The notes: generated from the letters alone by a model not told the origin. 64,000 nt of DNA from Schmidtea polychroa (GCA_044892525.1 CM097885.1:48486001-48550000); one strand, 5' to 3'. Positions 13,091 through 23,104 are shown, counted from the first letter of the stretch. Program-made: numbers and translations.

Positions 13091-15571
13091 AACATTCAAC
13101 TCAAGCTACAATTCACTTTAGATTCCTTGATACTGACTTTCTATTGCATGGGTATCCTGATTAAACGATACCCGTAGTAATGTAGACAGTAACTAATAAT
13201 TCCTAATATAATAGGAATATAATTGGTATATACTAGGTATATAATAGGTATATAATAGGTATATAAAAGGTATAATCTACTCCATGATTTTCACATGCTT
13301 CTTAACAAATTTATGAATATTCGATTTGTATCAAGACAATGCAGAGAAGAAGATCTACTATTAAATATGTAATTAAATTAACTCTCGATAATTGCTAACA
13401 CGAACACTTTTCTCAAACAAATTATTCCTTTTTAGTCTTGAGGCGAAAAGCACTAATTTCCTTTTAGATAGTGATAAGGATATAGTACATAGTCATATAA
13501 ATTCCCTCGAGTAAATATTCCTTTATATTTCTATATTGTAATTCGTATTCTAAATAGGCAGGCTGTATGAAAAAGAAACTAATTAAAACTTCATCTCCAT
13601 AATTGGTGACATTAGTGTCTTGAACCAATAAGTTTTACTAGTCAATGTGATTGATCCAAGTTTGGCTCAACAATTTGGGTTATTTATTTTCAAAAATCAT
13701 ACAAAAATTACTATATGCATGATGATCTTTAAACATTCGTCATATCATGTGTATAGTAAATTATTTAGAAGGCTTCTTATCTGACCGTCAATTCATTTGA
13801 AAACTTGTCTCACAGTTGACTTTTAACGATTGACTTATAATTTAATATTAATTTAACTATAGTTTTAATATGCAAATGCATTAAACCCCTGACTTATAAT
13901 CAAACCATCAAATATTATAATCACTTCTACATAACTGAAATTCGTTTGTCAGAACCCAGCTACAAAGGAAGAATGCTTTGAAGGCGTTTTCAGAAGTCTA
14001 CCGAAGACATTTCAAAGGTAGATTAGTATAAATTGTTATATGAATTTGATTATAAAGCATTTGCATTTTCGTTAGATAAAAAGGACATATTTTTGCACAT
14101 GCATTAATTTTTTTTGAATTTTATTAAATTTTAACTTATATTTGCCTTGCACTCGAATCTTTGTTCATTTTTTTTAATCCATATATTTTATTTTTATCAA
14201 TTTATAAAATGCCATCAATATTAATAGAATATTTAATTTAAAATTATTTTAAAAATTCTCAGTGATTTAATGTTGAGTAACAATCTAAAATTAAATTTAG
14301 AATTTTCATAAAAATTTTATTTTTAATTTAAATATATAAATAAAACTAGAATAATTTGTAAACATTTGAATAATTTCTATTATAAATATTTTTCAGTTGC
14401 CGATGAATGTGATTTATCAAAAAAATTAATGGACATTATTTATGGAAATTTTCATTCCGAATAAAACATTTATTAAATATTTTCCCTCATTCAATATTCA
14501 GAAAGAAAATTCGATTTCAGTCGTTGCAGTTCATAAAAACAAATAAAATATTATTTATCAAATTTTCATATTTAAATAATATTTCCAAATTATTTTCATT
14601 AATAAAAATTTTCAATTTTTTTATTCAAAAATCTTTTTTTATATAAAATTTTTAAAATATTCATCTATATCCAAATGATAAAAAAAGAAATTGAAAATGA
14701 AGATAACCGATCAATGATGGATGGAATGAAAGATTTTTACTACGTTTAAAAATAATTTGAACTTTGTAAAAATAAAGGTTCACTATTCAAAATTTGGTAC
14801 ATACCTTGTTTGACTTCATTTCACTTATACAATTTCAAGCTTTGATTTTGGTCCATTGGAAATGAACTTTAACTAATAATCCCATACAGCTTTAGTAAAT
14901 GCAGAAAAAAAACTTTTATGCACTTGATATCCTATTGCTATTTGACTGAGTTGACTTTGCCACAAAAAAATCAAATATTTCTTCAGAAGACAAATATGAT
15001 ATATTGAAATAAATCTCTAATTTACAGATTAATAAAAACAACATGGTGTTTGGCGGTATAAAGGTTACACAGACACTTTAAATCAGGCGTGTTAAATGAA
15101 AATACCTCGTATTGAAACCTAAAAGATTTCACGAACCTTTTTATTACAATAAATAAATAACAAATCAATTAGAAAAAATGTTTGAATAATAAAAAGGATA
15201 CAAATTGATAAATAAAATATGTTTTAATAAATTAGTCAAATCATTTATTATTAAGCTCAAGCAATCATTTAAGGCATAATATTAAGTGGAAAGGATATAA
15301 TATGATCAGTATACTATTAAGAAATTTATTAGAAATTTATAATAATTTTTTTTATAAAATTTACGATATCATTGTTTGAAGAGATTAAGTAACAATATTA
15401 ATTTAAGAAATTCCAAAAACCGGATCATGCAATTGTAATATTATTTATAGTGCTTTCTATTTATAATTTAAGAAATGGAGTAATATTAGTTTAAGTGATA
15501 TTATTGATACAAATCATATACTTCATCGCACACACAAAATTTCCCACATATAAGTCATCAACCATCTAGAT

Positions 15572-17449
15572 CAGGGGTCAGGAACATTTTGGCTATGTGG
15601 AGCCGGATTGCGTTTTTTGAAAAAGTACCGGGAAGGAAGGGTTCTTAAAAATATTATAAAAGTTTATCAAAAAGCATTTTTTTAAATTACTTAAAATTAA
15701 TAAAATAATGAAGATTCTTAAAAATATTTTAGTTTTACATATAAGCAAGTAAGTTGACAAAAAACTATATAAAAAATCTTTTTTATTCAAAATTTCAAAA
15801 TTTGAATAATTAATGGGAAGCTTGGTGTTCTTTGTCACCTGAAAGCTTCTCAATATTTGGTGTCAGGCCTGTCGATGCCAACAACAATATATTATTCAAA
15901 TTACTATCAGTTAATCTTGTTCTCAAATTGTTTTTAGTATATTTTAATTTTGAAAATAATTCCATACATTGGTAAGTACTTACAAACAAAGATATCATCT
16001 TTTTTGCGTGGTTCACTAGTTTAGGATACTTCCCATTAGAATAAATGTATTTTGTATAAAAATCAAGCAAAGAAACATTGTCGGAGTGAAATTTTAATTT
16101 CAATAAGTCGTCACATTGCATTTGAATCAACTCCATTTGAAAGCATTCGGATACCGTACGCACTTCCACATCAAAAGGATTAGCAAAAAGCTTGAATTCA
16201 TCTTCGTGCAAACGAAAGTCAGTAAAACGAGATGAGAACTCATTCTTCAGATCTTTGATCATATTCACAAATATTTCTGGATTTTGTGGTTTGTGTCTTG
16301 AAGAGATGGAAAATGTGCATAATTTTCATGTTGAAGTTGGTGATGAGGTAAAGTTTTCTTTCAAATTCAAAAATATGACCAAACATTATATTTATAAGCT
16401 GAGCTTCACCTTGCAAGTGTAAATTCAAGCAATTTAAATGAATCGTAATTTCCACAAGAAACGCCAAAGATGCAAGCGAATCTGGATCACTAAAATGTGA
16501 TGCATCCACAGATTTGCTTTGAAAGAAAATTACAATTTTATTATGTAATTTTAATATTTTTTTGAGCATTGAACTTCTGTTTAGCCAGCGAACATTGGAA
16601 AAATAGACTAGATCTCCATATTCAGCCTCTGTATCCGCCAAAAATTGCTTAAATTGGCGAAAATTTAATCCACGAGATAAGATCAGGTTAACAACTTTCA
16701 CAACAGTGTCCATTACGTTTTTCAGTTTCAAAGATTTGTCACACAAGGCTTCTTAATGAATAATACAATGAATTTTCACCAGCTTCTGTTGAATTCCAAG
16801 ATTTTCCATGTGTTCCTGTACTAGTGAAATAAACCCTTTTTTATTTTCAGCCATTTCCGGTGCTCCATCAGTTGTGATGCTGATTAGTTTTGAAATATCT
16901 AAGTTCACTTTGGATATTATATTAATCACTACTTCAAAGATGCCTGCACCAGTAACTGTATTCTTCAAATGAATTAACTCTAATAAATTCTTCAAAAACA
17001 TGGAAACTCGAAGTCACTTCTCACACGAATACTGCAAACTCAGCGGTGTCATTTAAGTATGTACTGTCATCAATTGCAATTGGAAAATATTGCAATTCGT
17101 AGCAGACGTTTATTAAACAACTTTTAACATCTGGTAACATCTCTTCAATGCGTCTTGTGACAGTCCTACCAGATACTTATGGAAGAAAATAAAGACTTTT
17201 CTGGGCAAATAATATCCACCACTGTCATTAAACATTGTTTAACGAATTTACCATCCGTAAACAGTTTCATCGTTTCAGCGATAAGTCTTGATACTTCATA
17301 GCTTGCACGGGTATTAGCTTCACATTAACTTCTTTTCTTCGTAAAAAATGATGTCTGCTTGATACTCCTGTAATTTTTCAAAGTTTTCAAAATCGTGGGT
17401 CATGTAATGGCGCCTGATATTTGCCACTTTATTCACTTTTGGCTCATAA
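15572..17449 (-). mobile_element. hAT transposon (SPIN/Charlie, GTF2IRD2-like) interrupted near its 5' end by the Polinton
   Basis: TIR CAGGGGTCAGGAAC preceded by ATCTAGAT (nnnTAnnn target); transposase on minus strand; second TIR not found. Confidence 0.85.
15810..17447 (-). pseudogene. hAT transposase, frameshifted
   Basis: NIRRHY, ITTDGAPEM, HCIIH, VRWL, F..RF.DF, STYQC..LFS.LK..K...R.RLTD, and terminal QASH. Confidence 0.9.
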
Positions 17450-17455
17450 TAAAAT

Positions 17456-18417
17456 AGTAGTGTGTATATATACCCAACCCAAACAGCCCTCCCAACAAAA
17501 ACATACCTCCATTACGCTTAAACCATTAGAAAAACAACATAAAACCTATGTTTTTATAGTATTTTAACCCCATATTTTAAACAACAACCACCCTTAATCT
17601 TTAAAGCCTCAAACTCAAAAGCTTCAAACTAAAAAGAGAATAGAAAAGAAAATGGCCTTATGAAAAAGTTAGAGGGCTATTTGGGATAGGGCTATATACA
17701 CACTACTGATCGCAATGAAACTCCGGAGTTGATCTTTATCAGATTATTGATTTTAAATTATATAAATTAAAAAATAAATGAAAAATAGTAAAACTGCTCT
17801 GAGGGGACAGTGGTATTTTTTTTTTCACTGTCCCCTCAACAGTTTTTTTGATCCGGATCATTTCAACCTCTTTCGTTTATCAAATCTCTTCTAATATACA
17901 AGCTGGCCAGACTCATACATCAGAATCAATCCGATAATAGCAGCACGCCTTATTATTCGCTTCTCGCTCACGAAGTCGATTTCAACGGCGTTTTAAGCGT
18001 GCTGCTCGAAAGTACAAATGAATTCGAAAGCGAATCCGAAAGAGGTCCGAAAACAACTGAGAAAGGGATCGATCCGGGGGTGTTCGAAAGACAGGTGGCG
18101 ATAATTACCGGTTCGCCACCATCACCCGTTTCAATAATTTTTTTTTCATATTTATGTTTAAAAATAAAATAATAAATAAAATAAATAAAATAAATAAAAT
18201 AAATAAAATAAATAAAATAAATAAAATAAAATAAAATAAAAATAAATAAAATAAAATATAAATCTAAGATACCCACACTATTATTTTCAAATTTTTAATA
18301 TTATTTTATGTTGAAAAATAAACTAACCACAGTTAGGATTTGAACCGCTATCCATTTGAACCACGGTGCCGGTCTAGCCCACTGCGCTATCTAGGATTGG
18401 ATTTTTGTCATTTTTTA
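17456..18417 (+). repeat. Polinton left terminal inverted repeat
   Basis: Near-identical reverse complement of 31406-32350. Confidence 0.97.
18314..18396 (-). ncRNA. tRNA-like Pol III cassette A (left TIR copy)
   Basis: A box TAGCGCAGTGG (18389-18379), B box GGTTCAAATCC (18346-18336), T5 terminator; cloverleaf stems not intact. Confidence 0.6.
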
Positions 18418-18643
18418 GACTATAAATAATCGATTCAAGTTCTTTAACTCTTTCTTGTAATTGTTTCATTTTCTTCAATCTTATATCAGCAACATCTACA
18501 GCCTTCATATAAAAATGTCGATACTTTTCATTATCTACCATCAACTCTTTGATGTATTCTAATGGTTCTTCTTCTCTTCTTTTCATTCTCTTATGTTTAA
18601 CTTCATTCAATTCATTTCTCATTCTTTCTTTTAACTCATCCAT
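18374..18643 (-). CDS. Small charged coiled-coil protein (89 aa), unknown function
   Basis: Intact ORF with AAAAATG start; last ~14 codons lie inside the TIR. Confidence 0.6.
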   Translation of the reverse strand: MDELKERMRNELNEVKHKRMKRREEEPLEYIKELMVDNEKYRHFYMKAVDVADIRLKKMKQLQERVKELESIIYSLKNDKNPILDSAVG

Positions 18644-18804
18644 TTTTATAAATATTTTTTTATTGGATATATTAATTTTTGGTAGCTTAAGTTAAAACGT
18701 TTTTGATCTTAAATTTCCAAGAGTTGCCGTTGACCAATCTCCTTAAAAATTTGTACAAGTACTAAATCGAGTATGCTGATCAATATTTCGTTAAAAAAAA
18801 TTTG

Positions 18805-18887
18805 AAAAAAAATGACCGAAATGGGATTTGAACCCATTGGTATTGGCAATGCAGTCGAGTGCTATTACCACTAAGCTATACTCAATA
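18805..18887 (-). ncRNA. tRNA-like Pol III cassette B, resembling tRNA-Cys(GCA)
   Basis: GTATAGCTTAGTGGTAATAGCACTCGACTGCA resembles the 5' half of eukaryotic tRNA-Cys; perfect T arm ATGGG-TTCAAAT-CCCAT; T8 terminator; 3' anticodon stem does not pair. Confidence 0.68.
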
Positions 18888-19038
18888 TAAAATAAGTTGT
18901 TAATGTGTGACTATTTATTGATGAAATTAATAATTAATTATTCATTTTCTCGACAACTACCACTCAGATCCATCTGAAAATTTAAATATATACTAAAATC
19001 AGTACGCTGAATCAGATTCCGTTGAAAAACAAATATCG

Positions 19039-19120
19039 AAAAAAATTGACCAAAATCGAAAATTGAACCCGGTACTCCCGGTGATAAAATTGAAGCCTAT
19101 TCCCACTCCGCTATAATGGA
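19039..19120 (-). ncRNA. tRNA-like Pol III cassette C
   Basis: A box TAGCGGAGTGG, degenerate B box GGTTCAATTTT 44 nt later, T7 terminator; lies in a diverged tandem duplication with cassette B. Confidence 0.5.
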
Positions 19121-19176
19121 TTACATAATATATTTAATTAATCCTATTTTGTGTGTGTAAATTTTAATATATAAAA

Positions 19177-20461
19177 ATGAATAATATAAAAATTCAAGAA
19201 AAAAATTAATTAAATCTTGATTATAATAAAGAATTTACTCATGAAATCAAGAAAAACGATGTACTTAAAATCTCCCCAACTTCAGGATCTATTGCAAACT
19301 TAAATCGTAGGGGTGATATAGTTTTTCAATCTCTTCAAACATCAAACCCTATAGATATTTGTAATGCCAAATTATATTATAAAATCGAATTAGAAATTGA
19401 AGCAAACAAAGATATAACCCTAGAAAATAATTTCTTTCCAAATTTATTCTCCAACATGAGATTAAAACTAGGATCATCAGAAATTGAAACTGTTTTGCAT
19501 CCGGGAGTATATTCTACAATGTTAAATTTTATTTTGACTGGTTGTGATTATAAAAACGAATATGGTGAATTAACAGGTTGGATTCCTGATGTTAATAAAG
19601 GGGATTTAGATAAAGATGGTTTAGATGTAAACCATGGTTACCATAAAAGAGCTGAACTTTATAAATCTAAAAAATTTGAAGGTTATTTTGAATAAACACT
19701 TGTTTGGATTCCTTCAAAACTATAATCGTATACTTCATAATGTTTTTATAGAACTCATCTGTAATAGAGTAGAAGGTGATAAAAGATTGTTCTATGGAGC
19801 TGTAGATACAAAAGCTAAATTAAAATTATCAACACTTGAATTACATATACCTGAATGGACATTAAACCCACATTCTGAGATTAAACTCCTTGAAAGATTA
19901 AATTCCAACAAGTCTATAAATGTAAATTATTTAAATAGAATCTGTAGTGAATTTAGTATGACAGAGGGTTCAATATATTCTATAAAGGTAGCAAATTTAG
20001 CATACCGACCAAGATATATCTTGATTGGATTCAAAGAAGTAGATTCATCTTTCCAAAAAAATAACAACTTGTTTATTCAAAAGATTGGAGTTGATAATTT
20101 AAAAACAATCCAAATTCAATTAAATAGTTCTTATTATCCAATAAATAGAATGGAATTTAATATTGAAAATAATGAAAACATATTCCCATATCTAAATTAT
20201 ATTGAAACATGTTATGATTTCAAAGTTGAACCGCAATTAAGTTTAGAAGATTTCAAAAATTTATATTCTATATTTTGTATAAATGTTTCAGACCAAGATG
20301 ATCGCCTAGCCATAAATAATGTTGATGTTACACTTCATGTAACAAAGGATTCTAATTTTAAAGCTAAAGTATATACATTAATATTAGAAGAAAAGAAAAT
20401 AGAAATGAAATTATATGGTGGAAAGATTTCAATAATCGAAAATGTTAGGGGAGATTCTTGA
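19177..20461 (+). pseudogene. Major capsid protein (double jelly-roll, hexon-like), with premature stop and frameshift
   Basis: ATG 19177, TAA at 19207, then LNRRGDIVF..LENNFFPNLFSNMRLKLGSSEIE..PG; frameshift ~19690 into KHLFGF; RPRYILIGF, QLNSSYYP, IFCINVS. Confidence 0.85.
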
Positions 20462-20490
20462 TATAATCCCTGATATTTTAACATTTTAAA

Positions 20491-21819
20491 ATGTCTCTAA
20501 ATAAATATTGGAGATGTGAAAGTTGTAATTGTCAAGTTACAAGACATCATAAAGCAAGTCATTTAAAAACTAAAAAACATACAGGAGGCGATCTACAATC
20601 TTCAAAAACAACATCTTCAATATTAAAACCTTTTACTACAGAAAAATATCCAGGTGAAATACATTTATTTAAACACAACTACACCGGACCAGGAACAAGA
20701 TTAGATATTAGATTAGATGAAAATAATAATCCCAAACAAGGAGAAGAACCAATAAATAGAATTGATCAAGCAGCTTTAAAACATGACATTGCATACAATT
20801 CAACAAATCTTAGAGATAGACATGTTGCAGATGTGAATTTAATACATGATTTAAATAGTATCCAAAATCCATCAACCCAAGAAAAGATTCAAAGAGCTCT
20901 AGTTAAATTAGCAATGAAAGGTAAGATTTTCATAGGCTTAGGACACAGTCCGATCACCATGGGTGCAAGACTTCCTAGGAAAGCAAAAGATGTTGCTTAT
21001 AAAAAGATTATCGAACAAGCAGAGATTGAAAGATCCCTCGAGAGTACAGCCAAGACTAGTTTACAAACCCCAACAGAATCAGAAATAAAATATGCAAAGG
21101 AATTACACCATGAATTTAGAAAAAATAAAAAATATTTAAAAGTTCAAGTACATGAAAAAGATCAAACATGGTCTGCAGATTTAGTCTTTATGCCCAAATC
21201 ATCAGACCCTGAAAAATATAAAATAATTTTAACTGTAATAGATTTATATACAAGATTTGCTTTTGCAAGATGTTTAGAAAATAAAACAGGATATTCTATT
21301 ACAGAAGCATTTGAAAATATATTTGAAGAAAATCAAAGAATCCCAAAATATTTATGGTGTGATAAAGGAACAGAATTTTATAACAAAGTTTTTACAAAGT
21401 TTTTAAATGAAAATGATATTAAATTATATTCAACAGAAAACGAAGGAAAAGCAGTCGTAGTTGAAAGATTAAATAGAACATTAAAAAATAAAATGTGGAA
21501 ATATTTTACTGCTATTGGAAAACAAAAATGGAACAATGAATTGTTACAAAAGATTGTAAATGAATATAATAATGATGTACATAGTTCTATAAAATTAACA
21601 CCTTTAAATGCTTCCATGAAGCCTGAAACCATTAAAGTGGTAAATATTGAAAATGATGTTATTGAAAAACCAAAGTTTAAAATTGGTGACCGACAAGGCC
21701 TAAAACAAACTTTTCCATATTTCAGCTTCTTCTCTATCCAAATAAATATAATTATATTTTTCTTTCCAATGATTATCAACAAACATATCAAACATATTCT
21801 TATCAGGTTCAACATTTGA
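20491..21819 (+). CDS. C2H2 zinc finger + parvovirus-type phospholipase A2 domain + retroviral-like (rve) integrase in one ORF; integrase C-terminal domain apparently missing
   Basis: CESC..HKASH..H; NYTGPG and DQAALKHDIAY; DDE motifs WSADL, WCDKGTEF, VVERLNRTLK; homology stops at KFKIGDR (~21693), then reads antisense into the ATPase gene. Confidence 0.9.
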   Translation: MSLNKYWRCESCNCQVTRHHKASHLKTKKHTGGDLQSSKTTSSILKPFTTEKYPGEIHLFKHNYTGPGTRLDIRLDENNNPKQGEEPINRIDQAALKHDIAYNSTNLRDRHVADVNLIHDLNSIQNPSTQEKIQRALVKLAMKGKIFIGLGHSPITMGARLPRKAKDVAYKKIIEQAEIERSLESTAKTSLQTPTESEIKYAKELHHEFRKNKKYLKVQVHEKDQTWSADLVFMPKSSDPEKYKIILTVIDLYTRFAFARCLENKTGYSITEAFENIFEENQRIPKYLWCDKGTEFYNKVFTKFLNENDIKLYSTENEGKAVVVERLNRTLKNKMWKYFTAIGKQKWNNELLQKIVNEYNNDVHSSIKLTPLNASMKPETIKVVNIENDVIEKPKFKIGDRQGLKQTFPYFSFFSIQINIIIFFFPMIINKHIKHILIRFNI

Positions 21820-22488
21820 AAATAAATCATTATAAATCATATTCTTATCACGGCGATCTAATTTAAAAAATATAAAACAATTGGAATTATTTCTTATTGA
21901 ATTTTTATCTAAAGCATAATATGTTTGAGATATATAAATAACATTACAATTATTATGTCGACCTCGTGTAAAGTAACTCTTTTGAATCTCTTGATTTTTC
22001 ATATTAACAACATCATCAAATATAACTAGATTCTTTTTATCTTTAGGAAGTAAATCACAATGTAAAACATCTTCAGGTTTATTAGAGAATAAAACTTGAA
22101 TTGCCTCCTGCCCTTCTTCACAAATATAATCATTTTTATTACTAATATCTGATTCTAAAATCTTTTCCTTATACCAATCAACCATATCACAAGGTTGAAA
22201 AACTTCTTCAGGACACCTATGTTGATTTTTAAAAATATCAATTATTGCTTTTTTAGTTAATTTATTTTCAAATCCACATTCAAAAGTTGTAATTCTGGTT
22301 GATTTATGGTTGTAGAATAAAAGATTAAATTATTATAATCTAAAAAATCATCTTCAAGTAACATTCTCAAAACAAGTGCATTCTTTCCACATCCAGAAGA
22401 ACCAACAATTAATAATCTAAAATTATCAGGAAATACTATTATTGAATTTACTCTTATGTCTATTTAAAATTGGTTTCCAAGTATCCAT
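21700..22488 (-). pseudogene. A32/FtsK-like DNA packaging ATPase (frameshifted)
   Basis: ATG at 22488; Walker A LIVGSSGCGKN, Walker B LVIFDD, RGRH, YISQTY; frameshifts near 22430 and 22280. Confidence 0.88.
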
Positions 22489-22504
22489 TTTTATTTATTA
22501 TAAA

Positions 22505-23082
22505 ATGACAACTGAAGAATCTTTGCAAGAATTAATAAATTCAAATAAAAATAAATCAGTAGTAATTGATGGTAAAAAATATTTTATTGGAAAACATGTA
22601 AAAGAACAAGTTAGAGCGAAGCTCCACAAAGCTAAAGAAGGTGGCATTCTTCCATTAGCTGCTTTAATACCTGCAATCATTGCTGGTTTATCAGGTGCTG
22701 CTGGAATAGCTGGAGGAATTGCAACTACAGTTCAAAAAGCTAAAGAATCTCAAAAGACAGACCTAGAAAAAGAAAAACTACAAACTGAAATCGATTCAAT
22801 GAAGAAGGTAGGGCAAGCTAAAGGGGGAGTGTCCGTTGGAAAGGGTCTCTATCTTAATCCATATGAGGGGAGTCGGCAAAAGTCTCAGGGCAAAGGTCTC
22901 TATCTTGATCCTTATAAAGGTAGAGGTTTAAATGATTTTTTAAAAATCAAATTTCTACATCTGAATCTTTATCTTCAAAAGATAAAGAAGATTTAAAAAA
23001 AATATGTAAATCTTTAAAGAATGGATGCCTTTGTAAAACTAAAAATGGTAAAGGATTATACTTGAAGCCCTTCGAACTATGA
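22505..23082 (+). CDS. pX/core-protein-like virion protein; probable frameshift near 22940
   Basis: GGILPLAALIPAIIAGL resembles the adenovirus pX hydrophobic segment; GKGLYL motif occurs three times, the third in the shifted frame ending TGA at 23082. Confidence 0.7.
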
Positions 23083-23104
23083 TACCATTTTTGATACCAT
23101 TAAA

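Noticed and set aside
17968..18276. 102-aa ORF in the TIR
   Set aside because: Runs through an AAAAT repeat whose length differs between the two TIRs; no recognisable motifs
18314..19120. Calling the cassettes functional tRNA genes
   Set aside because: Anticodon stems, and in A and C also T and acceptor stems, do not pair; kept as tRNA-like ncRNA candidates only
21378..21830. Antisense ORFs over Polinton genes (also 523-897, 2716-3527, 23794-24099, 25331-25651, 27369-30857)
   Set aside because: Shadow frames of real genes on the opposite strand
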